A DNA stretch of 64,000 nucleotides from Eledone cirrhosa (GCA_964016885.1 OZ024758.1:28272001-28336000), one strand, 5' to 3'. Numbered from the stretch's first letter, positions 1 through 12,373 are shown. Notes: a model not told the origin generated them from the sequence alone. A program made the numbers and translations.

Positions 1-46
1 TCGGATATTTCCAAAAGCGAATGAAACCCTAAGGGGTAGAAACGTA
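1..46 (+). ncRNA. 3' half of a putative type I hammerhead ribozyme (5' half outside the window)
   Basis: GAAA at 23-26, then stem III ACCC-taag-GGGT and a GUA cleavage triplet (36-38); tcg(1-3)/cga(18-20) could be part of stem II. The CUGANGA core would lie upstream of base 1. Confidence 0.4.
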
Positions 47-339
47 ATCCTGGTATGTTTATATACAGTTTTTCTTCTAACTTTAATTTTATACCTAATT
101 GTGTATGGTTGACGATATATTTAATCGATTTCCACATGCTATTGAAATGCTGGGTAAATATTCTATAGCTGTTGATCGCGAATAGATGGCTGTCGTTTAT
201 TTATCTATTATTTCTTCATAGGTGCCTTTTAATCTTATAGCCTGGTTTAATTGTTTTTTTTTGTGTGGTTGATTATGCTAATTGGGAGAGGAAATGGAGT
301 ATATATCTTATCAAATGATTCTATGGACATATTTTATAG

Positions 340-344
<5 letters not shown>

Positions 345-408
<64 letters not shown>
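345..408. repeat. (TA)n microsatellite
   Basis: About 30 uninterrupted TA units. Confidence 0.98.
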
Positions 409-410
<2 letters not shown>

Positions 411-689
411 ATATACATATATAAGATAAAGTAATTCACTTTCGCCAATTTGTGGCAGATTCTCTTTCATGGTAAAATGTAATGTACTCATTTTTCTAGC
501 TTTCTAACATCCGCTTATTCCATAGTCCTTCCAAACCTATTTCCTCCTGTATTTTCCAAAACAAATCTCTTGTATTTTGTCCTTATTGTAAAATACGGAA
601 GTTTTTGGCGTATCTTACTAAACAAATCTTGTATTTTTGTTTACGTTCGTAAAATACTAGGATCTAACTTAAACCTATTCTTCTCGCTA

Positions 690-3600
690 ACAACTCAACA
701 CCCCTCCCTCCCACCCCCACGCACCACCATTATTATCACGTGGACCAATCATAAGCCAGAGGCCTATACTATCGCTTACCTGGTCGCCTTCGGTATGTAG
801 GATGGAAGGACTACGGAGTTCCGGAGAGTTGAAGAGAGAAAAATCTGGACGCTCAGCGACAATGCCAAAGTTAAAGAGAAACACACCTCGTGGACGAGAA
901 TGCGAACATGCCTCTTTGTTTCGGCCGCGGATGGCTAACACAACCCCATCTCCCCCCTCTCCCCACCTTTCCCACCCCCCAAACGCAATCCAAAACTTCA
1001 GATTTGGTACCTTGAATGTAGGCACCTTAAAGGGTCGCTCTAACGAGGTTGTAGAAATGCTTGAACGTAAGGAGGTCGATGTTTGTTGTATTCAAGAGAC
1101 CAGGTGGAGGAGTGGATCTGCTAGATTCATTGTGGGTAGAAAACGATGCTATAAGCTTTTCTGGGTGGGAAATGACAATGGGCTGGGTGGGGTAGGAATC
1201 ATGGTAGCAGAAAAGTGGGCAGATAAGATAATAGACGTAAATAGAGTGAACGACAGAATAATTAAAATAAGACTTGTCCTCAATAGAACCACGGTGACAG
1301 TAATATCCGCGTACGCACCCCAATCCGGACTGCCCAGCACTATAAAAGACAGATTCTATGAGACACTGATGCTCACTACCTCCCAAATAACCGACAGTGA
1401 CTATATAATTATTGCAGGCGACCTAAACGGTCACGTTGGACAACATTGTGACGGCTACGACGAAATCCATGGAGGCTATGGGTTTGGTACTAGAAATGAG
1501 GAAGGCTCCAGAATCCTGGAATTCTGTGATGCAAATAACCTAACTATCTGCAACACTAACTTCAAAAAACGAGACAATCACTTGATCACCTACAGATCAG
1601 GGGAACATACCAGCCAGGTAGATTATATCCTTACCAGAAGACGTGACAAAGTGACTGTTGTAAACACTAAATCCCTCCCCTATGAAGAATGCACCTCCCA
1701 ACATAGACTGATAATTAGCGACCTAATAGTCAGGACGAGACGTACTAGGCAACAGAAGAGGACTACCCTCAGGAGAAAAATATGGAAGCTAAAGGACCCC
1801 ACAGCCAAAAATAAATTCCAAAGCATATTACTTGATGCTTTCGACAGTAAGGAAGAGCAAATAGAGTCGTACAAGGTAGAGGAACAGTGGGAATTCCTGA
1901 AAGCAAACCTGCTGACGGCGACAGACGAAGTCTGTGGCTGGAGCAGGCCTGTAGGCAGGAGGAGAGTAACATGGTGGTGGAACAGTAAGGTGGAGGGGTC
2001 AATTAAGGTCAAAAAGCAGGCTTGGAAAGTATGGCGGGATGGGGGAAGCAGAGAAGACTATCAAGTGGCCAGGCGGGAAGCTAGGAGACAAGTGTACTTC
2101 GCAAGAAGGGAAGCAGAGGAAAGAAAGTTCAAGCATGTTCTACAACGTGAGGACCAAAAACGTGAGGTGTTCAGGATTGCTAGGCAATGTGTCAAGGAAA
2201 ACAGTGATATTGTTGGGGAGAAGTGTGTACTTAACGATGACGGCGTACTTGCCATCACCGACGCCGATAAGAAGGTAGCTTGGAAGTGTCACTATGAAAG
2301 GCTACTAAATGAGGAGAATAAATGGGAGAAAGACAGTCTCTCCCACATCGACCCAATAGAGGGACCAGCAGTGTTAGTCGAGGGTAGTATAATAAGTAAG
2401 GCAATCAAAGATATGAAGACAGGCAAGGCGGCTGGGCCTTCGGAAATAGTTGCCGAGATGCTGAAGGCATCTGGTACGGTGGGACACACCATGGTCACCC
2501 GGATAGTCAACCAAGTCATACAGAATGGGGTTGTTCTGAAGGACTGGCGTAGCAGCATTATCGTTAACTGTTATAAGGGTAACGGAGATGCCCTAGATAG
2601 GAGTAACTATACAGGGATTAAATTAATCGACCAGGTCATGAAGGTCACGGAAAAAGTAATAGCGCAACTAATCAGAGAGCGAATTGATCTAGATGAAATG
2701 CAGTTCGGGTTTGTGTCAGGAAAAAGTACCACAGACGCTCTTTTCATTGTACGACAACTACAGGAGAAGTACCTAGCTAAAAGTAAACCCCTATACTTAG
2801 CTTTCGTCGACTTGGAGAAGGCCTTCGACAGAGTCCCCCGTTCCATTATCTGGTGGGCTCTTAGAAAACTAGGTGTCGATGAATGGCTTGTGAGAGCTAT
2901 ACAAGCCATGTATAAAGAAACAGTCAGCAAGGTTAGAATTAACAACGAATATAGTGAAGAGTTTAGTGTAAAAGTTGGTGTTCATCAGGGCTCTATTCTT
3001 AGCCCCCTACTATTTATTATTGCCCTCCAGGCTATAACAGTGGAGTTCAAGACCGGCTGCCCATGGGAACTCCTATATGCAAATGATCTAACGCTCATAG
3101 CTGAATCAATGGCCGAGCTAGAGAAGAAATTCCAAACATGGAAGCACGGGCTAGAATCAAAAGGCCTTAAATTTAACCTGACTAAGACTAAAGTTCTAGT
3201 TTGTAAGAAAGAAAATAAGGCGGCGGTCCCCTTCGGGAAGTGGCAATGCGCAGAGTGTAGGAAAGGCGTAGGTAGAAATTCCATTTTGTGTCCCAAATGC
3301 AAAGTTTGGGTTCATAAAAGATGTAGTGGGATCACAGGTAAGCTAACTAAGAACATAGATTTTACATGTGGCCGGTGTTCTGGTGCAATAAGTAGCAGCA
3401 AGTGCCCACAAAATACTAGATCTTTCAACTGCGCAGAGGGTTCTATAGAAATAGTGGACAGCTTCCGTTACCTGGGTGACAAAATCAGCAGTGGGGGAAG
3501 GTGCTCTGAAAGTACAGTAGCTAGAGTCAGAACTGGGTGGAAAAAGTTCAGAGAGCTTATACCACTATTAGCCACTAAAGGGTTCTCCCTAAAAATGAAA

Positions 3601-4410
3601 GGCAGGTTGTACGATGCCTGCATATGAACAGCAATGTTGCATGGCAGTGAGACCTGGGCATTGTGTGCAGAGGATATACGCAGACTAGAGAGAAACGAAG
3701 CTTGCATGCTCCGCTGGATGTGTAATAGTAATATACGTGAACGACAAAGCATAAACGAACTAAGGAAAAAATTAGAAATAAGAGGGATCAGATGTTGTTT
3801 ACTAGAGAGAAGGCTACGTTGGTATGGTCACGTGATGCGCATGAAGGACGATAGCTGTATAACAAAGTGCAGGGCAATAAAGATAGACGGTAGCCACGGA
3901 ATAGGCAGACCCAGAAAAACCTGGGACGAGCTGATAAACTCTGACCTCACACACTTACACCTCACCAAGACAATGTCACTGGACCGAGACCTTTGGCGGT
4001 ACTCAGTAATAGAGAAGACCCGCCTTACCTAAATACAAAGTAAAACCTACTACAGTCAGTAGGCATCTCTAACAAAATACACCCCGTCCCACCACCCCAT
4101 CCACACCGCCCCCTTCTATGTAAAGTTATGTTGGTGCCACACCATCCAGGCCGAAACAAATGAGATCGTGTAGGTGTCACAACAAAAAACACACAGTCCA
4201 CGCTGTAATGTGGCCGTGTAGGCAACACGGTAAAAACCTCCCAGACCCACACTGTAAATGTGGTTGGTGTTAGGAAGGGCATCCAACTGTAGAAAACCTG
4301 CCAGACAGTCCTATGCGAGCAAGACAATCACTCTTGCCTCAAGTGGGAAAACCCCCGTCCAAACCCATGCAAGCGTGGAACACGGACGTTAAACGTTGAT
4401 GATGATGATA
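690..4410 (+). mobile_element. RTE-clade non-LTR retrotransposon, family A, near full length (5' boundary approximate)
   Basis: Single ORF with APE endonuclease motifs (GTLNVGT, CIQETRW, SAYAPQ, GDLNGHVG, QVDYIL, SQHRLI) followed by RT (QFGF, FVDLEKAFDRV, GVHQGSILSPLLF, FRYLG); 3' UTR ends ...ggacgttaaacgtt(gat)n, the microsatellite tail typical of RTE. Confidence 0.96.
802..4032 (+). pseudogene. Inactivated APE-RT polyprotein of the RTE element
   Basis: ORFs 802-3627 and 3634-4032 are in the same frame, separated by TGA at 3625-3627 (Arg, CGA, in the sister copy at 18125-19786); catalytic YADD reads YAND (AAT at 3082-3084). Confidence 0.93.
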
Positions 4411-4850
4411 TATAGAATGTTTGGACAAGGATGTTATATAATAAATTTTGTGTTTGTTTTAAAAGATTTCTTATCTGAAAATATGTGTTGAAACAGATAT
4501 TGTTATACTTTGGGAGGCTCATACTGCAATAAGATCACAGAATGTGTGATAAAAGAGCTTTGACAATAAACAAATAATATATAATGTGGAAAGTGGTATG
4601 AGGCTAAATAATACAAAAGGGCTGATAAGATAACGGCAACCAAGTTAGTTACCTGGTAATCTTCGTTTTGTTTTTATTGCTGTTGTTTATTTTGTTAGGA
4701 CGAAATAAATAACAGCAACAATAACTGTGTAAAACAGTCATTTGCTATGAATAATAGTAGCTTGGAGAATTGGGCAAAAGACCCTTAGGGACGGAAAAAA
4801 GAGAGAAGTCAAGTACCAATAATAGAGAACTAGGTATGGTAAGGAAAAAT

Positions 4851-5033
4851 AATTGTTTCTACTTTTGGCACAAGGCCAGCAATTATCCCAGTGTATTACT
4901 GGTACTTTATTTTATCAACCATGTAAGGATGAAAGACAAAGTTAACCTCGGCGGGATTTGAACTCAGAATGGAAAGGGCCGTAACTATGCTAGAAAGCAT
5001 GGCGTCCAACCCTCTACCGATACTGCCAATTCA
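4851..5033 (-). mobile_element. tRNA-type SINE, family S1
   Basis: Matches the dispersed ~185 bp repeat: A-box-like tggcagtatcgg, B-box-like gagttcaaatcc, central ctttgcctttcatccttacggggtcgataaaataaagtaccag, tail ggccttgtgccaaaagtagaaacaatta. Confidence 0.88.
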
Positions 5034-5119
5034 CAATAATATGACCCAAAACATAAAAACTATATTAGGGCTCACATTACACATGAAGATGAGGCAACTT
5101 TGTCTCTGCCTTCAATCCT

Positions 5120-8100
5120 GCCATTCTCATGGCTGCTGTGCTCAGACAAGTGACAGCAGCAGAAAAAAGTGATGACAAGCTAAAGGTTATTATCAGTAAC
5201 ATTAAATCTGGTTGTTATTTTTGTATTCCTCTTTCACATGTATTGTGATACCAGCCTGTTGTTTGGCAAACGAGGCACACTGGCGCTGACTGTCTCTTTG
5301 TCTCATCAGCAGTATAAAAGATCAACATCTTCCATATCTCATACCCAGGTTGAGAGAGCATGCTTCTTATAACATATCAGTTACAGATCATTTAATCTCT
5401 TCAGTGCTGTAGACGAGATAACTCATCCAAACATGTATCTACTCCAGTGTCACAGATGAGATAACTCATCCTAACATGTATACACTCCAGTGCCACAGAC
5501 GAGAGAACTCATCCTAACATGTATACACTCCAGTAGCACAGACGAGATAACTCATCCTAACATGTATACACTCCAGTGCCACAGACGAGATAACTCACCC
5601 TAACATGTATACACTCCAGTGCCACAGACGAGATAACTCACCCTAACATGTATACACTCCAGTGCCACAGACGAGATAACTCACCCTAACATGTATACAC
5701 TCCAGTGCCACAGACGAGATAACTCATCCTAACAGGTATAGACTCCAGTGCCACAGACGAGATAACTCATCCTAACATGTATACACTCCAGTGCCACAGA
5801 CGAGATAACTCACCCTAACATGTATACACTCCAGTGCCACAGACGAGATAACTCATCCTAACAGGTATAGACTCCAGTGCCACAGACGAGATAACTCATC
5901 CTAACATGTATACACTCCAGTGCCACAGACGAGATAACTCATCCTAACATGTATACACTCCAGTGTCACAGACGAGATAACTCATCCTAACATGTATACA
6001 CTCCAGTGCCACAGACAAGATAACTCATCCTAACATGTATACACTCCAGTGTCACAGACGAGATAACTCATCCTAACATGTATACACTCCAGTAGCACAG
6101 ACGAGATAACTCATCCTAACATGTATACACTCCAGTGCCACAGACGAGATAACTCACCCTAACATGTATACACTCCAGTGCCACAGACGAGATAACTCAC
6201 CCTAACATGTATACACTCCAGTGCCACAGACGAGATAACTCACCCTAACATGTATACACTCCAGTGCCACAGACGAGATAACTCATCCTAACAGGTATAG
6301 ACTCCAGTGCCACAGACGAGATAACTCATCCTAACATGTATACACTCCAGTGCCACAGACGAGATAACTCACCCTAACATGTATACACTCCAGTGCCACA
6401 GACGAGATAACTCATCCTAACAGGTATAGACTCCAGTGCCACAGACGAGATAACTCATCCTAACATGTATACACTCCAGTGCCACAGACGAGATAACTCA
6501 TCCTAACATGTATACACTCCAGTGTCACAGACGAGATAACTCATCCTAACATGTATACACTCCAGTGCCACAGACAAGATAACTCATCCTAACATGTATA
6601 CACTCCAGTGCCACAGACGAGATAACTCATCCTAACATGTATACACTCCAGTGTCACAGACGAGATAACTCATCCTAACATGTATACACTCCAGTGCCAC
6701 AGACGAGATAACTCATCCTAACATGTATACACTCCAGTGTCACAGACGAGATAACTCATCCTAACATGTATACACTCCAGTGCCACAGACGAGATAACTC
6801 ATCCTAACAGGTATAGACTCCAGTGCCACAGACGAGATAACTCATCCTAACATGTATACACTCCAGTGCCACAGACGAGATAACTCATCCTAACATGTAT
6901 ACACTCCAGTGCCACAGACGAGATAACTCATCCTAACAGGTATACACTCCAGTGCCACAGACGAGATAACTCATGCTAACATGTATCTACTCCAGTGCCA
7001 CAGACGAGAGAACTCATCCTAACATGTATACACTCCAGTGCCACAGACGAGATAACTCATCCTAACATGTATCTACTCCAGTGCCACAGACGAGATAACT
7101 CATCCTAACATGTATACACTCCAGTGCCACAGACGAGAGAACTCATCCTAACATGTATACACTCCAGTGCCACAGACAAGATAACTCACCCTAACATGTA
7201 TACACTCCAGTGCCACAGACGAGATAACTCATCCTAACATGTATACACTCCAGTGTCACAGACGAGAGAACTCATCCTAACATGTATACACTCCAGTGCC
7301 ACAGACGAGATAACTCATCCTAACATGTATACACTCCAGTGCCACAGACAAGATAACTCATCCTAACATGTATACACTCCAGTGCCACAGACGAGAGAAC
7401 TCATCCTAACATGTATACACTCCAGTGCCACAGACAAGATAACTCATCCTAACATGTATACACTCCAGTGCCACAGACAAGATAACTCATCCTAACATGT
7501 ATACACTCCAGTGCCACAGACGAGATAACTCATCCTAACATGTATAGACTCCAGTGCCACAGACAAGATAACTCATCCTAACAGGTATACACTCCAGTGG
7601 CACAGACGAGATAACTCATCCTAACATGTATACACTCCAGTGCCACAGACGAGATAACTCATCCTAACATGTATACACTCCAGTGGCACAGATGAGATAA
7701 CTCATCCTAACATGTATACACTCCAGTGCCACAGACGAGATAACTCATCCTAACATGTATACACTCCAGTGCCACAGATGAGATAACTCATCCTAACATG
7801 TATCTACTCCAGTGGCACAGACGAGATAACTCATCCTAACATGTATACACTCCAGTGCCACAGAGATAACTCATCCTAACATGTATACACTCCAGTGCCA
7901 CAGATGAGATAACTCATCCTAACATGTATACACTCCAGTGCCACAGAGATAACTCATCCTAACATGTATACACTCCAGTGCCACAGACGAGATAACTCAT
8001 CCTAACATGTATACACTCCAGTCCCACAGATGAGATAACTCATCCTAACATGTATCTACTCCAGTGCCACAGACGAGATAACTCATCCTAACATGTATAC

Positions 8101-9040
8101 ACTCCAGTGCCACAGACGAGATAACTCATCCTAACAGGTATAGACTCCAGTACCACAGATGAGATAACTCATCCTAACATGTATACACTCCAGTGCCACA
8201 GACGAGATAACTCATCCTAACATGTATACACTCCAGTGCCACAGACGAGATAACTCATCCTAACAGGTATACACTCCAGTGCCACAGACGAGATAACTCA
8301 TCCTAACATGTATACACTCCAGTGCCACAGATGAGATAACTCATCCTAACATGTATCTACTCCAGTGCCACAGACGAGATAACTCATCCTAACATGTATA
8401 CACTCCAGTGCCACAGACGAGATAACTCATCCTAACAGGTATAGACTCCAGTACCACAGATGAGATAACTCATCCTAACATGTATACACTCCAGTGCCAC
8501 AGACGAGATAACTCATCCTAACATGTATACACTCCAGTGCCACAGACGAGATAACTCGTCCTAACATGTATACACTCCAGTGCCACAGACGAGATAACTC
8601 GTCCTAACATGTATACACTCCAGTGCCACAGACGAGATAACTCATCCTAACAGGTATACACTCCAGTGCCACAGACGAGATAACTCATCCTAACAGGTAT
8701 ACACTCCAGTGCCACAGACGAGATAACTCATCCTAACAGGTATACACTCCAGTGCCACAGACGAGATAACTCGTCCTAACATGTATACACTCCAGTGTCA
8801 CAGACGAGATAACTCATCCTAACAGGTATAGACTCCAGTGCCACAGATGAGATAACTCATCCTAACATGTATACACTCCAGTGCCACAGACGAGATAACT
8901 CATCCTAACAGGTATAGACTCCAGTGCCACAGACGAGATAACTCATGCTAACATATTTCCAACAGTTCATAACTTCAAAGCTAGATGGGGTTACTAGTTT
9001 ATTGATGCAACGTTTTTCAATCATTCAGATATGTGTTCTT
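5120..9040 (+). mobile_element. Degenerate Gypsy/Ty3 pol (integrase zinc-binding region) remnant, split by the 43 bp array
   Basis: Across frameshifts reads AEKSDDKLK..., MYCDTS, IFHISYPG*ESMLLI, SLQCCRR..SKHVSTPV before the array and QRFSIIQI after it; collinear with my recalled Gypsy consensus lyCDtS..HxLSHPG..CxxCQ..RH..P..RFshVHID. Confidence 0.5.
5402..8958. repeat. 43 bp tandem repeat, ~82 copies
   Basis: Unit ccagtgccacagacgagataactcatcctaacatgtatacact with few substitutions per unit. Confidence 0.98.
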
Positions 9041-9109
9041 AATAAATGTCTGTTTAAAAAAAATAGTCATTTTACTGAACACCCCTCCCACCTCCCAGTA
9101 CAGCAACTC

Positions 9110-9815
9110 TCTAGGGTGGGTAAAATTCCTGAGATCAATCGACGAGTTCTCTCCAGCGGTCTCTGACCCTCATTATCGCTGCCATGTCCTGCATTTCCAA
9201 GAGACCACTGTCTGTCCTTGGGACATCAACATATGTTAACCTCGGTCTTCCTCTTCCAGTGTGTCCATGCAGGGGCTCTCACAAGGGCAGTGAGTGCAGT
9301 GTCAACTCTGGATGTTGGTGAGCATGTGCAGCTAACCTCAGTCTCCTCTGTGTCACTTTTGAGTTGACTTTTGGGATGCTCCCATACAGCTCTTAGTTCT
9401 TCATCCTCAGTGTATACTGATTAATGTTCAGAGCCATCCTCAGCATTCTCATGTAGCACCCATCCACCATCTCAGTGAGTTTCTTGGTAGTGTCCAAGTC
9501 TCAGACCAGTACAGCAGCACAGACTCCACTACAGCAATGAAGAGGCGGATCTTCAGGTCTTTACGAAGGTCCAACTTCCACACCGATCTCAAACTGTGGC
9601 ACACCGTCCAGGCTTTGCTCTTCCTGTCAACCACATCATGTTCCGTGTTCCCAATATTTTCTCCCAAATACAGGAAGTCCTCAACCAATTCTAGTGGCTT
9701 CCCGCCTACATTAGTAATCTTCTCTGGCTTCTTAATATTCTCTACCAGATACTTCATCTTAATCTCATTCATTCTCAGCCCCACACTCATCGACACAGTC
9801 TCCACCTCCTGCATA
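9110..9815 (-). mobile_element. 5'-truncated RTE-like LINE remnant, family C
   Basis: Minus strand encodes VGLRMNEIKMKY..VEDFLYLG..AWTVCHSLRSVWK.DL..LKIRLFIAVVESVLLYWSETWTL, followed by a degenerate C-terminus; a second copy lies at 16366-16727. Confidence 0.88.
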
Positions 9816-10461
9816 AAATCAACTGTAGCTGTGTAAAATATATGCGGCAGTCAACAGGTTAAACTTTTCTATCAAGGGTGGTTGGAAATTTCCTGTTGTT
9901 CACAACATGGAGATATGTTACTCCCCTCCTTATGCTTTCTTGGATAAATTATTCCAATAACAACTTAAAAGCTGTTTAATAAAATACCATCAGAACCAAA
10001 ATAAATTACATTGGTGCTTTGTTACCATTACTATAAATAATTTCAAAATGAACTGTTTCTTTTTATCTCATTGCTTTTATCAACGAGCAGCTTATATAAT
10101 TTAGGAAAATCTAGCTTACAACTTACAATGCTTTTCTTTGTCAACTTGTTTTGGCTGGTTATTAGAATTGAAGAAGCACGAGTGAATACATAAGACTTGC
10201 TAACTGGAATACTGGTCTACTAGTGTTTATCAACAGATGGGGAAAGGATTTATATTTTTAATGTTAAGAATGATATCATGACATCGTAAAGGGCAATGTA
10301 AATAAGTAAAGAAATTATATATTTCTTTTTGATGTAGGAATATCACACTTACCATTTCTTCTTGTTTTTATCAACATTTTGGTTTAATATCAATTCTTTA
10401 ACGTTCATATATTTAAAACTTAATTCTTCAAATAACCTTCATAATCTGTTTCATATTTCAG

Positions 10462-10623
10462 GAAATACGAAAGCATCTAAAAGTCGGTATTGATTCTAAA
10501 ATGGTCAGCTTTACTTTCTTTTCTTACTATAACTCTTTTTATTTCTTTATAGATTTTTTGACCTTTATAAATCTTTTTTTTTTTTTTCAGAAAATTTCGA
10601 TATTGTATGAATTGTTAGAGTGA
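10462..10623 (+). CDS. Candidate last two coding exons of an unidentified host gene (10462-10503 and 10591-10623)
   Basis: tttcag acceptor, 42 nt exon EIRKHLKVGIDSKM, GT donor, 87 nt intron with a long poly-T/cag acceptor, in-frame KISILYELLE*, AATAAA near 10797. No homology recognised. Confidence 0.33.
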   Translation, partial: EIRKHLKVGIDSKMVSFTFFSYYNSFYFFIDFLTFINLFFFFQKISILYELLE

Positions 10624-11187
10624 ATATTTTCTATAGCTGATTGTGATTCCAGGAACTAGTCACTGCAAATGAAATGGGAAATTGTCATGCTTCCCAGTTT
10701 TCTTTTGCTAGGCTGACTGAGATAAAATAGAGTAGTGTGCCTTGCATAACAAAAACTACTTTTCTAAAAAGCAATTTATTTAGAAGCAAAAATAATAATA
10801 AAAAAAGAATATTAAAAATTTGAAGGATAGATGGTAATGAAATGAGAAAGATTTTAGAATATTAGACTAAATAAATACTTTACAGAATTACATTTCATCC
10901 CCCACCCCTCTCTCTTCTGAGTTCAAACCTATCTGTAGTTAATTCTCTTTTTATCTCAGCTGATCCTTATAATAAATGCCAAGTAGTACCAGTTATATAC
11001 TAGAATCAATTCAAGTGATTGTTTATATTTCTCCCTCCTTCTGACAATGACAGAAATCATTATTATTTTCTTGAGTGTTTCAATGATGAAGTAGGAAGGG
11101 TTAGCCCTATCATGAAAAGTATCATAAAAATGAAGCATTGTGTCCAAGAACACAACACACCAACTGTGAGTCCAACCCCTTAACTAC

Positions 11188-11376
11188 CAGTGGATTGGCA
11201 GTATCGGTAGAGGGTCAGATGCCATGCTTTGCAGCATAGAGTTACAGTCCTTTATGGTCTGAGTTCAAATCCCGCTGAGGTTAGCTTTGCCTTTCATCCT
11301 TACAGGGTAGATAAAATAAAGTACCAGTAATGCACTGGGGTAATTGCCGGCCTTGTGCCAAAAGTAGAAACAATTA
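11188..11376 (+). mobile_element. SINE family S1
   Basis: Full-length match to the S1 consensus. Confidence 0.88.
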
Positions 11377-11609
11377 TAATATATAAATGTTTTACAATAT
11401 TTAAATTCATCTCGTTTGGTTGTTGTGTTTAAATAAAACTAGGGTTCATTTTCTGGTGATTAGGTCTCTTGTAAGGACAGTGTCCTGACTCAGCATGTCT
11501 TAGGTATTTTAAAACCTGGTAGGCCTATCCCTATCCAGGTTAGAACACATCGATTTCTTCCAGAGGGAGAAGGAAGAGGGAGAGAATTAGAGAGAGGAAG
11601 GAAGGATTG

Positions 11610-11765
11610 ATTCCCGTACTGAACAGATATCATATTTAACAACCTTGAATGTAAACGAAAGGCAAAATTGACCTCGGGTGAGATTTGAACTCAGAACACA
11701 GTCAGCTGGTACAAATACCAAGGCATATTTAATACAACACCTCTAACAACTCAGTCAAATCCCCC
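11610..11765 (-). mobile_element. Diverged S1-related SINE
   Basis: gaaaggcaaaattgacctcgggtgagatttgaactcagaac matches the reverse complement of the S1 B-box and central region. Confidence 0.65.
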
Positions 11766-11855
11766 CCTTTTGAACCAACAATGTAATAACGTTGATTCAA
11801 TGAATTCCACCCCATTTGCCATACAAATTAACCTGGTTTCTATGTAAGAAATCAA

Positions 11856-12118
11856 TTCTTCTTCTTGTCGTGTCCGTAAGAGTGTCAGTTACAGAGCCTG
11901 GCTAGATGTGGTTCCACCACAGCTGGACACACTGCCACCCTTTCTCATTAAACTCTGTCAAGTCCAATGCTCTGCAGGGGTGTTCCAGCAGGGGGAATAT
12001 CAGGAGGTGCTGCATATTCTGTGGTTTGATGCCATAATCACACACAACACCCTGTCCTTTAAATATCCCCATTTTGCAAGATTGACTTTCCCCACTGCAT
12101 AGTTTGCACCTGCTCTAG
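11856..12118 (-). mobile_element. 3' end of an Ingi/Vingi-like (I group) LINE
   Basis: Minus strand reads KVNLAKWGY..C/DYG.KPQNMQHLLIFPLLEHPC..LDL (degenerate CCHC knuckle) and ends cggacacgacaagaagaagaa; clade assignment is from memory. Confidence 0.55.
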
Positions 12119-12373
12119 GGGGTAGTGCCTCGCTCGCCTTAAGCTCTGGCCCTGGGAGTATCGACAAGATCAACTAGATGAACAAGATACTCCTAATCCT
12201 ATTATCACCACAAGCAACAGTTATACGCTACAAAACAGCCAAAGCCACACTGAAAGCTACAAGCAACAAAGAAATCAATAATATAAAAGGTAATCCAATA
12301 AATATTTATATCTTCTTCTTTTCTTGTTATATCTGGGGAGGGTCATATTGTTATAATATTGCCAGAAATATAT

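Noticed and set aside
1027-3752. Short antisense ORFs within the RTE (also at 18405-19874 and 54261-55448)
   Set aside because: Shadows of the RT coding frame; they recur only because the copies are homologous.
5402-8958. CRISPR array (also considered for the 28, 51 and 70 bp arrays)
   Set aside because: Units are contiguous with no unique spacers, there are no cas genes, and the context is eukaryotic.
11188-11280. tRNA genes at SINE heads
   Set aside because: A and B boxes are present but I found no cloverleaf, and they continue into SINE body and tail.
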